Shown here piece by piece: positions 38,057-46,720 of a stretch of 64,000 nucleotides of DNA; positions within the stretch are counted from its first letter, which is position 1, and each line of letters starts with the position of its first letter. The stretch lies in IMG/VR virus record IMGVR_UViG_3300005686_000008; one strand, written 5' to 3'. The notes beneath the pieces were generated by a model, which worked only from the letters and a program-made list of their open reading frames with translations, did not search any database and was not told where the DNA came from. The DNA comes from a virus (Duplodnaviria > Caudoviricetes). A program made the translations under genes and the position numbers.

Positions 38057-38424
38057 AAAGGCTCATGGCTATATCATTAGTTTGTTTTGCTTCTCTTTTC
38101 GGTTGCGAAGATAAAGTCGAAATTCCGAATCCTCCATTGACAAAAGGGTGGGTTTGCGAAAAGAGGTTTATCCCATCTACAGCTTTGCAGCTTCAGCAGG
38201 CTTGCAAAACAACTGACGGTCTTGTTCATAACATACTGGTTGAATCACCTGAAATGTATGTTATTGTTATTTCTACCAGCGAAGAACTTCCTGCTTCAAA
38301 CAGGAAGCTACTTAAGTACGGTTTTTATCAGGTATCTCCCATCCTGTTTTCTGAGACTCAGTTAGGAGCAGAAATCGACGTAAAAACAAATGACGGTTTC
38401 AAGCCAATTTTGATCAGTCAGTAA
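38053..38424 (+). CDS. putative lipoprotein
   Basis: Signal peptide with LFG|C lipobox. Confidence 0.55.
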   Translation: MKRLMAISLVCFASLFGCEDKVEIPNPPLTKGWVCEKRFIPSTALQLQQACKTTDGLVHNILVESPEMYVIVISTSEELPASNRKLLKYGFYQVSPILFSETQLGAEIDVKTNDGFKPILISQ

Positions 38425-38443
38425 GATTTTTCGTGAAAAGTGC

Positions 38444-38472
38444 TTGACAGAGAAGGAATTGGCCGATAGACT
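38444..38472 (+). promoter_or_regulatory. sigma70-like promoter of tRNA cluster
   Basis: TTGACA-17 nt (ending GGCCGA)-TAGACT. Confidence 0.7.
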
Positions 38473-38614
38473 AAGTATAAGGTAAGAATCATGAACAGCA
38501 GCTTCAAATTTCTTGAACAGAGGAACTTCCAAGAGCGTCGATAAGACGCCAAGGAAGCTGCACCGGCTCGCCGTATAAGGCTTGAGCCAACCGATTCAAA
38601 ACCAAAATGCATTA

Positions 38615-38687
38615 GGCCCTGTCGTCTAGAGGTTTAGGACGTAAGACTTTCAATCTTTCAACCGGAGTTCGATTCTCCGCAGGGTCA
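38615..38687 (+). tRNA. tRNA-Glu(TTC)
   Basis: GGCCCTG/CAGGGTC; loop CTTTCAA; T loop TTCGATT. Confidence 0.9.
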
Positions 38688-38716
38688 TTTTAGTCAGGTT
38701 TTTTATCAGGAAAAAG

Positions 38717-39214
38717 ATGAGTAAGATTTGTACGAAATGCAAACAACCAGGAACCTTTTGCAAAGATAGCAAAAGCAAAGACGGGTTACAATCTCAATGT
38801 AAGATTTGCAAATCTAAACAGATTGTTTCTTACCTTCAAAAAAATAAGGACAAAAGATCAAAATCTGGTCCAGAAAAAAGATTACGTTACTACTATAAGC
38901 ATAAAATTTCTATGAATATGTCTCGCATAATTCGTAGATCATTGCAAGGCTTGAAGAAAGGAAATCATTGGGAACAGCTTGTAGGGTATTCGGTTGAAGA
39001 GTTAAAGCAACACCTAGAAAAACTCTTCAAAGAAGGAATGAATTGGGAAAATTATGGGAAATGGCATATTGATCATGTTATTCCAGTTTCTTCCTTCAAT
39101 ATTGTTTCTGTAAATTGTGAGGATTTTAAAAAATGTTGGGACATTAAGAATCTACAGCCTTTATGGGCTAAAGATAACTTGAGCAAATCAAATAAAATCG
39201 GCCCTATCTGCTAA
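38717..39214 (+). CDS. HNH homing endonuclease
   Basis: CTKC..CKIC; GMNWENYGKWHIDHVIP..NLQPLWAKDNLSK. Confidence 0.9.
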   Translation: MSKICTKCKQPGTFCKDSKSKDGLQSQCKICKSKQIVSYLQKNKDKRSKSGPEKRLRYYYKHKISMNMSRIIRRSLQGLKKGNHWEQLVGYSVEELKQHLEKLFKEGMNWENYGKWHIDHVIPVSSFNIVSVNCEDFKKCWDIKNLQPLWAKDNLSKSNKIGPIC

Positions 39215-39271
39215 CGGCTAGGCTCCCTGATTCTCAGTCAGGTAATACGAGTTCGAATCTCGTTAGGGTCA
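39200..39271 (+). tRNA. tRNA-Glu(CTC)
   Basis: GGCCCTA/TAGGGTC; CCTGA-TTCTCAG-TCAGG; overlaps HNH stop. Confidence 0.85.
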
Positions 39272-39285
39272 TTGAAAAGTTAAGA

Positions 39286-39357
39286 GGCTCCATCGTCTAA
39301 TTGGCAGGACACCACCCTCTCAAGGTGAAAATATGGGTTCAAATCCCATTGGAGTCA
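39286..39357 (+). tRNA. tRNA-Glu(CTC)
   Basis: GGCTCCA/TGGAGTC; CACC-CTCTCAA-GGTG. Confidence 0.85.
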
Positions 39358-39367
39358 TTATAAATGA

Positions 39368-39439
39368 GGCCCTGTAGCATTATGGGTAGATCGGAAGACT
39401 TTCAATCTTCAGGACCGGGTTCAAGCCCCGGCAGGGTCA
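39368..39439 (+). tRNA. tRNA-Glu(TTC)
   Basis: GGCCCTG/CAGGGTC; GAAGA-CTTTCAA-TCTTC; weak D arm. Confidence 0.8.
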
Positions 39440-39606
39440 TTTATGAAAAAGAACACCACTAAGAAGTATTGGTACTTTACTGAAAGAACCGAATGCGTAC
39501 TTTGCGGATATTGCGATACTGTCAAGTTTAGAAAGACTGGCAAAAAACCAAAAGATCCTAAGAAACGTAGCTCTTATAAGCAAATGGCATGTAGCGAGCA
39601 TTTCTT

Positions 39607-39852
39607 ATGAAAAAAGAACTCCTTAAGTTACTTGGGCAACTAGCAGACGAAGCAAAAAGCTTTGGAGTTTATGAACAATATAGCGAAGCAGGAGAAACCC
39701 TATCCGCCGCTTCTGACCGAGTTTATGAACTAACAGCAGAAATTGTTCAACTTGCTACAGGCAAGAAGCCAACAAAGAAAGAACTTGAAGAGGTTCTTTC
39801 TGTTAGCGTTGGCGAAAAAGGGATGTATGATTGTGAAGATGAAGAAGAGTAA
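39607..39852 (+). CDS. hypothetical protein
   Basis: ORF between tRNAs. Confidence 0.55.
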   Translation: MKKELLKLLGQLADEAKSFGVYEQYSEAGETLSAASDRVYELTAEIVQLATGKKPTKKELEEVLSVSVGEKGMYDCEDEEE

Positions 39853-39879
39853 GTAGTTTTGCCGATATAGCTAGATATT

Positions 39880-39953
39880 ACTCCCGTGGCTCGACTGGAT
39901 TAGGCGGAGGTTTTCTAAACCTCTCAAAGCGGGTTCGAATCCTGCCGGGAGTG
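39880..39953 (+). tRNA. tRNA-Arg(TCT)
   Basis: ACTCCCG/CGGGAGT; GAGGT-TTTCTAA-ACCTC; TTCGAAT. Confidence 0.85.
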
Positions 39954-39957
39954 CTTT

Positions 39958-40170
39958 ATGGGCTTTGAACTAATTCTCTTTCTGAAATTAGCAGCCATAT
40001 TATCATTGTTATTTCTTTTACGACGCGACCGTTACGCCGGTAAATGCAAACTACATCTTTGTGACCTGAAAGCATTTATAGGTCCAGACTGTGGCGGCTA
40101 TACCTATTGCCCTATATGTCACGGTGAAGAAAAGGAGATAACAAATGCCAGAACTAAAGAGAAGACCTGA
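39958..40170 (+). CDS. small membrane-anchored Cys-rich protein
   Basis: Hydrophobic N-terminus, CPIC. Confidence 0.45.
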   Translation: MGFELILFLKLAAILSLLFLLRRDRYAGKCKLHLCDLKAFIGPDCGGYTYCPICHGEEKEITNARTKEKT

Positions 40171-40369
40171 TTTGACAAGCATGGAATTGCAGAAATTCGT
40201 TGGAGAAGACTACCTGCGAATAAAGGCCGAACTTGAAAAGGCAGGCTTGAAAGTATTCTGCGGAGAACACCATGAGAAAAGAGAAATCACTTCTTCGCTT
40301 GACCGTCATGTAGATATCAGATACGATAAGGGTAATCGAGAGATCATACGCATTTGGCGAACAGGCTAG
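40145..40369 (+). CDS. hypothetical protein
   Basis: SD AAGGAG. Confidence 0.55.
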   Translation: MPELKRRPDLTSMELQKFVGEDYLRIKAELEKAGLKVFCGEHHEKREITSSLDRHVDIRYDKGNREIIRIWRTG

Positions 40370-40375
40370 GTCAAA

Positions 40376-40582
40376 ATGGCAAAAAAGAAACCCAAAACCT
40401 CTTGTTGCGAAGCCATGAAAGGGCAGATAGAACGGGAATGCCCGGTTCATCCGAATAAAATTGAATGTCCAGACTTTGTTGTAATCAAAACAAAGTCTGG
40501 TTTTGGTATTCCAATCCGAGATGGTGGTAGAAGCTTTCTTGCAATAAACTTTTGCCCTTGGTGCGGAACTCGTATTACTTAA
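40376..40582 (+). CDS. small zinc-binding protein
   Basis: CC..M..C..H..ECPD..IPIRDGG..INFCPWCG. Confidence 0.65.
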   Translation: MAKKKPKTSCCEAMKGQIERECPVHPNKIECPDFVVIKTKSGFGIPIRDGGRSFLAINFCPWCGTRIT

Positions 40583-40595
40583 TTCGGGTAGATAA

Positions 40596-41942
40596 ATGGA
40601 TACTAAAAGGGTTTACAAAAATCCTAACATGGAAAAAAGGAGGCAAGAATTGCTCAAGAAGGAGCAGGCTTCTTTTTTGTTAATTTCTAACAAGAACAGA
40701 TATGTCCATAAGCCCGAAAGAATCGATCTTGCCTTTGAAAAATCCAAAGAATACATTGCCAATGGCAAAATCCCCCACAGAGAAGATAAACTCGTAAATT
40801 TGTTTATTCCTCTTGGAAAAAGCAATTCTGCTTATCTTCTTCGTCTTCTCAAAACTGTTGAAAAAGAAACAGATTTCTTTGAAGATGAAAAGTATTGCTG
40901 GAAGTTTCTAAATGGATGCATGATAATGGCGTATTGGGGAGACTTCTGGGTAAGAGAGCCGGAAGTTTGGAAAAACAAAACCCATAATGTTGAAAAGCAG
41001 TTTACCAGCTTATTGCATTACCTTTTTGCCAAGTACCCCGTTCCTTCCTTCATGAACGAGGCTTTCTTGTCCAATGATGGAATGGGTTCGAAAAAGCAAG
41101 AATGGTTCTTGCATATGGGTAGCGGTCAAAACATAAGAACAGCGCATGGGTTGCCATACCCGATGACAAGAATGATGGCTCACCTGTTTTCTGAGGCTCC
41201 TTCAGATTTCAAAATCATGGAAGCCTTCAGGTTTGCTCATATCCGCTCTCTTGACGGCTCTATGCCCATAATCAAAGGGTGGCTTGAGTCCCCATTGGCT
41301 ATTGATTTTAGCAACATGGATTTCTGGGATTCCGTTGTTCGCTTTTTTATTGATAACCCGATGCTTGACCCCAGCAAGATTTCTTCCATTATTGATTACA
41401 TTTATAACCAAAAATACGTTGATACTCTTCTCGTAACTCCTGATGGCACAAGAATTAATCGGGGACCAGCGCAGCCTAACTTCACAATGAAGGGAAGGAA
41501 TCCCGAAGCGTTATTGACTCAAGTTGAGAAATGGCATACCCATACAGCTATCAGCAAAAAGAATTCTTTCTTGCAATGGAAGTCTTGCGGCATTCCTGGC
41601 GGTCGCATTGAAGAAGGTTCAGAAAAAGGCAGGAAAGTATACAGCATTGTTGAACTTCTTAACTCTACCGAGTTGAAAGAAGAAGGCAAAACAATGCACC
41701 ACTGCGTTGCAACATACGCATCTTCTTGTTCTTCTGGCAGAAATGCTGTTTACTCCGTTGCTCAGGTTGAAGGAAACGAATGCGGAAGAAAAGCCACAAT
41801 ATCGCTTAACCTTTCTGGCAAGCCAACCTTACAGGAAGCTCGCGGTAAATACAACGAAACACTAAGCGTCCCTGTTGCGAGGATAATTCGAACTTGGGCA
41901 AATTTGAGAAACGTTGCTATTTCAAATTGGGCAAAGTTGTGA
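40596..41942 (+). CDS. PcfJ-like domain protein
   Basis: LFAKYPVP.F; L.EEGKTMHHCVATY; QEARGKYN. Confidence 0.8.
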   Translation: MDTKRVYKNPNMEKRRQELLKKEQASFLLISNKNRYVHKPERIDLAFEKSKEYIANGKIPHREDKLVNLFIPLGKSNSAYLLRLLKTVEKETDFFEDEKYCWKFLNGCMIMAYWGDFWVREPEVWKNKTHNVEKQFTSLLHYLFAKYPVPSFMNEAFLSNDGMGSKKQEWFLHMGSGQNIRTAHGLPYPMTRMMAHLFSEAPSDFKIMEAFRFAHIRSLDGSMPIIKGWLESPLAIDFSNMDFWDSVVRFFIDNPMLDPSKISSIIDYIYNQKYVDTLLVTPDGTRINRGPAQPNFTMKGRNPEALLTQVEKWHTHTAISKKNSFLQWKSCGIPGGRIEEGSEKGRKVYSIVELLNSTELKEEGKTMHHCVATYASSCSSGRNAVYSVAQVEGNECGRKATISLNLSGKPTLQEARGKYNETLSVPVARIIRTWANLRNVAISNWAKL

Positions 41943-42007
41943 TTTGATAGGGTTGCGGCCTCAGACTAAACTTCTTTCGATTTCCGTATAGGTACAGGAC
42001 CGAGCGA

Positions 42008-42652
42008 ATGGGAACAGGCATAGGACAACAGTTTCAAAAGATGCTTAGCCACTTGGTGGCTTTTCATCGAATGGAAAAAGTCCTAGAAACAGGTACGTTT
42101 ACTGGTAATGGTTCTACAAAGTGCTTGTCCGATGCTTTGGAAATGGTAGGCCCTTCTTCTTTGTTATGGACTATTGAAATCAATCATAGATACCTGAAAA
42201 TTGCGCAAGACTTCTGTAAGGGAAAAGCGAACATCGTATACTGTTTAGGTTCTAGCGTTCCCAAGAACCTGGTTCCTACGGTAGAAGATACAAAACTTTG
42301 GATTGAAAGTAACCTTGCAGAGAATCCAAAGATAAGAGTTGACTATAAGGGGTCTCCAGAAAAGTATGTTGAGGAATCTTCTGGTCAGTATGTTATTTAT
42401 GATCTTCTTGGCCTACTAATTCCTAAAATCAAGTATGACCTTATACTCCTTGATTCAGCAGGTCATATAGGTTTTGTTGAGTTTTCCTACCTAATGACCA
42501 TTCTTAACTATCCTACATTTATCGCCTTGGACGATATCAATCATATCAAACACTGGAAAACGTCTCAACAGATTTTTTCAGACAAGAGATTTGAGGTTAT
42601 CTTCAAGACAGATGAAAGATACGGCTCGATGGTTGCCAAGTTTACCCCATGA
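42008..42652 (+). CDS. class I SAM-dependent methyltransferase-like protein
   Basis: VLETGTFTGNGST, TIEIN, LLDSAGH, LDD. Confidence 0.7.
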   Translation: MGTGIGQQFQKMLSHLVAFHRMEKVLETGTFTGNGSTKCLSDALEMVGPSSLLWTIEINHRYLKIAQDFCKGKANIVYCLGSSVPKNLVPTVEDTKLWIESNLAENPKIRVDYKGSPEKYVEESSGQYVIYDLLGLLIPKIKYDLILLDSAGHIGFVEFSYLMTILNYPTFIALDDINHIKHWKTSQQIFSDKRFEVIFKTDERYGSMVAKFTP

Positions 42653-42655
42653 TTT

Positions 42656-42859
42656 ATGCAAATAACTTCGCAAAAACTACTTGTACTTTTGAAAGCTAGC
42701 AAAGAAATGGCTAGACTGTATGAAATAACAGATTCCGATGCCATGCAAAAGGGATTGGAAATCATGGGCGATATAGCCTCTGAATTCTCATCAGATGAAT
42801 TGCAAAAGATGATTGAAGAGGTTGAGAAAGAAATTTGTCCCAGTAGCTCAGTTGAATAG
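42656..42859 (+). CDS. hypothetical protein
   Basis: ORF whose end runs into a tRNA 5' remnant. Confidence 0.45.
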   Translation: MQITSQKLLVLLKASKEMARLYEITDSDAMQKGLEIMGDIASEFSSDELQKMIEEVEKEICPSSSVE

Positions 42860-42861
42860 AG
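42837..42861 (+). pseudogene. 5' remnant of split tRNA-Arg
   Basis: GTCCCAG-TA-GCTC-AGTTGAATA-GAG; acceptor strand pairs with CTGGGAC at 43382-43388. Confidence 0.75.
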
Positions 42862-42874
42862 AGTGTATAAAAAT

Positions 42875-42947
42875 GTCCTCGTAGCTCAATTGGAAGAGCA
42901 ACAGCCTTCTAAGCTGTAGGTTACTGGTTCGAGTCCAGTCGGGGATG
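42875..42947 (+). tRNA. tRNA-Arg(TCT)
   Basis: GTCCTCG/CGGGGAT; ACAGC-CTTCTAA-GCTGT; TTCGAGT. Confidence 0.9.
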
Positions 42948-43006
42948 CTTGATTAGAAGAAGGATTTCTAAACAGTTCTTTGTATTTCACCTATAGGAGG
43001 TGAAAT

Positions 43007-43354
43007 ATGAGGAAATGTCAAAAATGTCAGGTAGAAAAAAATGAAGAAGAGTTTTATGCGACAACTCGCAAAAACAGCTATTGTAAAGTCTGTTTTAATG
43101 AGTATTGCATAAACAGATGGAAGCAAAGAAAAATTGATGCAGTTAACTACAAAGGTGGCAAATGCGTAATATGTGGATATAAAAAGAATCATTCCGCATT
43201 AGATTTCCACCACAGAAATCCTAAAGAAAAAGATGTTGATTGGAGTCAATTAAGACTTAGAAGTTGGAAAAAGATTATTGAGGAACTCAATAAATGCGAT
43301 CTAGTTTGTAGAAACTGTCATGCGGAAATCCATAATCCGCAGTCAAGCTTCTAA
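43007..43354 (+). CDS. HNH homing endonuclease
   Basis: YKGGKCVICGY..ALDFHH..KCDLVCRNCHAEIH; RBS in hairpin. Confidence 0.9.
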   Translation: MRKCQKCQVEKNEEEFYATTRKNSYCKVCFNEYCINRWKQRKIDAVNYKGGKCVICGYKKNHSALDFHHRNPKEKDVDWSQLRLRSWKKIIEELNKCDLVCRNCHAEIHNPQSSF

Positions 43355-43389
43355 GCGGCAGGTCACAGGTTTGAGTCCTGTCTGGGACG
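43347..43389 (+). pseudogene. 3' remnant of split tRNA-Arg(TCT)
   Basis: CTTCTAA loop, GCGGC, AGGTC, ACAGG-TTTGAGT-CCTGT, CTGGGAC-G. Confidence 0.75.
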
Positions 43390-43565
43390 TTTATGAAAGT
43401 TATTAGAAGCGAACATGGAATTGAATTAATTCCAGAAACGGAGTTCGAAAAAGAGTGCTTGAGGCTAATTGCCAATAGAGCAGTAACTCCTGTTTGGACA
43501 GACTCTTGGAACCGAAGCGGCAATCTCAAGATTGAAGCTAAAGAACCAGATTGGGGAACGTAGTC

Positions 43566-44039
43566 ATGTCAGAGATGCACGACTGTCCTCAATGTAATAA
43601 AAGGCATGTTTCATGGGACGCTCGATGCGGCTCATGGTTATGCCTAACAATTGGATGCGGATATTCTACGAAAGTTTATCCACGATTGAAGAAAGAGAAC
43701 GGAACAATGAACGGTCCCGAATCCCTTTATTCTCTCCGGTTTCCTAACGGATTCAAGATTGATGACGAATCAGCCCTGTCTGAAATGTATGTTAAGGACA
43801 GGATTGACTGCGAAGCGACTGGAAACATCAAGTTTCTCATTTCAAAATGGCAGTTTTTATGTCCTTCGATTCAAGGTAAAACCAATATCAACAACGATGA
43901 CGTTCTTGTTCCTCGCGAACTTTTGCATCTTGCTATATTCGCTCGTAAGTTTGGGGTTAGCGAAGGATTGATTTTCTTCCAACTCATTAATAGCGGTAAA
44001 TTAACTGTTGATCAAGATGGATTTGTAAGAAGCAAGTAA
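43566..44039 (+). CDS. hypothetical protein with N-terminal zinc ribbon
   Basis: CPQC..CLTIGC. Confidence 0.55.
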   Translation: MSEMHDCPQCNKRHVSWDARCGSWLCLTIGCGYSTKVYPRLKKENGTMNGPESLYSLRFPNGFKIDDESALSEMYVKDRIDCEATGNIKFLISKWQFLCPSIQGKTNINNDDVLVPRELLHLAIFARKFGVSEGLIFFQLINSGKLTVDQDGFVRSK

Positions 44040-44231
44040 GGATTTAGACATGAAATACCTTTGTTTTATCTTTGGAGTTCTTTTGATTGCCGGCGCTTTG
44101 GCCGCTTGGGTTTTCTATGGCAAGCCCGGTGAGGATGGGGGAGGCCATGCCTTTGTTGGCATTGCTGGCGCTGTTATTGCAGGTTGGGGCGTAAGTATTC
44201 ATGAACGGGAACTGGAAAAGAAATAAATCAA

Positions 44232-44305
44232 GCTCTCGTAGCTCAGTTGGATAGAGCAGCGGTTTCCTAAACCGCAGGTCGTGCGTTCGAGTCGCGCCGG
44301 GAGCG
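44232..44305 (+). tRNA. tRNA-Arg(CCT)
   Basis: GCTCTCG/CGGGAGC; GCGGT-TTCCTAA-ACCGC. Confidence 0.9.
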
Positions 44306-44324
44306 TTTAACTCAGGAGAGTACA

Positions 44325-44618
44325 ATGTTCAACCCTGTCGAGTGGATGAAAGAGCAGTATGCCGAATCATTTTGCCTTAGTATGGTAACTCTCATACTGT
44401 CAGTCCCTCTTTCTGTATTCGCATTGGGGCTTGAAATTGGCTGGTTGTTTTATGTTTCTGTTTTCGTAACACTCTTTGCTATTGTCTTGTTTATAACTAC
44501 GCTGGTCCTTTTTGTTCTCGAAGAAAAGCGTAAGGAAACGGAAGCAGCAGAAAGAAAGAAGAAATACTATGGAAATGCCGTTGACAAATCTGGAGAGAGT
44601 TCGTCAAGGAAGGCTTGA
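44325..44618 (+). CDS. membrane protein
   Basis: SD AGGAG; two TM segments. Confidence 0.6.
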   Translation: MFNPVEWMKEQYAESFCLSMVTLILSVPLSVFALGLEIGWLFYVSVFVTLFAIVLFITTLVLFVLEEKRKETEAAERKKKYYGNAVDKSGESSSRKA

Positions 44619-46050
44619 GAAGATTCGAGAACTTGGTATTGACCCATACGGAATTCCAGTTTTTGAAATAAAGCCTATTTATGAGGTTGTTGATTCGTTT
44701 ATAGGTAATGAATCTACAGCTTCTCCAGAGTATCTTGCAAGAGAATGGAGAACGCAAGGTCGCATTGTCTTACTAAGAGACAATGGCGGTCTTATTTGGC
44801 TTAAGATTCGAGATGATTCCAGAGAGGTTCAAATTGCCATTAGCAAGAAGGATGTAGTTGGAGAGAAGACTTTTCAACTTGCCAAGCTTCTTGACCTTGG
44901 AGATATTGTATTTGTTGTAGGCACGTTGCGCAGGACAAAGACTGGCGAAATTACTATATGGGCGACGGATGTTGGATTGGCCTGTAAGAGCCTCGCCCAT
45001 CCTCCTGATAAGGTTGCAGGACTTCAGGATGTTGAATTGAGATATCGTAAGCGGTACATTGATATGGCCTTTAATGAAGGCTTTATCAAGACTCTTAAGA
45101 TTCGTTCAAGAATCATTCAACTTTTACGTTCAGAGTTTGAAGATAGGCGTTATATCGAAGTTGAAACGCCGATGCTTCATCCTATTGCTGGCGGCGCTGC
45201 GGCAAGACCATTCAAGACCCATCTAAACGCCCTTGATATTCCTCTTTATATGAGAGTTGCTCCAGAACTCTATCTCAAGAGGCTCATTGTTGGAGGAATG
45301 AGAAGAGTCTTTGAAATCAATCGCAACTTCCGTAATGAGGGGATTGATGCAACTCACAATCCTGAGTTTACCGCCCTTGAAGCGTATGCTATCAATGAAG
45401 ATGTATTCTCATTGATGAATCTGGTTGAAAGCATTATTAAGGACGTAGCCCGTAACCTTTTCAGGAGTCCCCCTTCAAGCAATCCGCTCCCGGATCCTGT
45501 TCATGTTTACAATTACGATGGATACGAAATTGACTTGCGTTCTCCGTTCAAGATTGTCAGCTATAGCGAACTCTATCATAGAGCAACAGGTCTTACTTTG
45601 ACCGAGGATACGGACTTTGTAAAGGCCAATGAAATATTTGAAGAGAAGGCAGAAGTCCTTATTGACCCAAGAATTCCTACGTTTGTTCATGGATATCCTG
45701 CCGCTATTTCTCCTCTTACAAAGGTTGCTTCCAAGCAGTCAATTATTGCGCAAAGAGCAGATTTGTTTATTGGCGGCATGGAAATTGGAACTATCTATAC
45801 TGAGCAAAACGATCCGAATGTTCAATATAACGTGTTTACCAATCAACTTGCCGGGGACGATGACGAAGAATCTACCCATAGAACCTTAGATGAAGATTTC
45901 ATTGAAGCCTTGAAGGTTGGTATGCCTCCTACCGGAGGACTTGGAATCGGCATTGATAGGTTAGTAATGCTTTTGACTGGAAACACAAGTGTTAGAGACG
46001 TTATCGCATTCCCGTTTATGAGGCCGCTTCACTCAGCAGTGGCCGACTAA
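44569..46050 (+). CDS. lysS: lysyl-tRNA synthetase, class II
   Basis: OB-fold GRIV..LDLGDIV; RYRKRYID, EVETPML, GGAAARPF, APELYLKRL, FRNEGID.THNPEFT, GMPPTGGLGIGIDRL. Confidence 0.95.
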   Translation: MEMPLTNLERVRQGRLEKIRELGIDPYGIPVFEIKPIYEVVDSFIGNESTASPEYLAREWRTQGRIVLLRDNGGLIWLKIRDDSREVQIAISKKDVVGEKTFQLAKLLDLGDIVFVVGTLRRTKTGEITIWATDVGLACKSLAHPPDKVAGLQDVELRYRKRYIDMAFNEGFIKTLKIRSRIIQLLRSEFEDRRYIEVETPMLHPIAGGAAARPFKTHLNALDIPLYMRVAPELYLKRLIVGGMRRVFEINRNFRNEGIDATHNPEFTALEAYAINEDVFSLMNLVESIIKDVARNLFRSPPSSNPLPDPVHVYNYDGYEIDLRSPFKIVSYSELYHRATGLTLTEDTDFVKANEIFEEKAEVLIDPRIPTFVHGYPAAISPLTKVASKQSIIAQRADLFIGGMEIGTIYTEQNDPNVQYNVFTNQLAGDDDEESTHRTLDEDFIEALKVGMPPTGGLGIGIDRLVMLLTGNTSVRDVIAFPFMRPLHSAVAD

Positions 46051-46086
46051 ACTTTTGAATCAAGACTCGTTAAAAAGGAGCAGTAT

Positions 46087-46713
46087 ATGAGTATGAGCAT
46101 GCAAGCGGCAATCCAGAAGTTTCGTTCCGAGTACAAAGGCCCTCCGATCTATTTCTTTATCACTGGCGGCGGGCATTCCTGCCTTGATTTCCGTCGTTTC
46201 CCGGGAGCGAGCAAGTTGCTTCGCGGAGCGTTTGAACCTTACGCTTCTGAGGAAATTGCAGAATTCATGAATGGATTTCACCAGGGCGGACAACATATCG
46301 ACCCTAGCAATTTTTCATTCTGTACTGAACAGATGACGATTGATGCGCTTAGCGCTTTGAGCGGTTTTGTTCATGATACCATCGCCTTAATGGTAGTTGT
46401 CAATTCCGCCCTTACTACTGACCGTTGGCGCAGGGGAGATAATCGCTCCTATATCGCAACCAGTCGCGGCAACCTCTTCAAGTTCAATATTAACAAGTTG
46501 GACGAGGAAACCTACGGAGTCCTCCAGAGGAATAAGCCGGCGCTCATTGATGATATTCGTCATATGGAAGATGCGAAAGTTGGGCAAGTTGTCTTGGCGA
46601 TTATCATGAATGATCCAACCATGATGCCATCTCTTGATGCTGGCGAAAGTTTGGACGTTATTTGTCGCGGCGATATCTATCAGAATCACGTTGACCACTT
46701 TGCATCTTGCTAA
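46087..46713 (+). CDS. CinA-like domain protein
   Basis: ITGGG....PGASKLL....PY; SALTTDRWRRGDNR. Confidence 0.55.
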   Translation: MSMSMQAAIQKFRSEYKGPPIYFFITGGGHSCLDFRRFPGASKLLRGAFEPYASEEIAEFMNGFHQGGQHIDPSNFSFCTEQMTIDALSALSGFVHDTIALMVVVNSALTTDRWRRGDNRSYIATSRGNLFKFNINKLDEETYGVLQRNKPALIDDIRHMEDAKVGQVVLAIIMNDPTMMPSLDAGESLDVICRGDIYQNHVDHFASC

Positions 46714-46720
46714 GTCAAAC

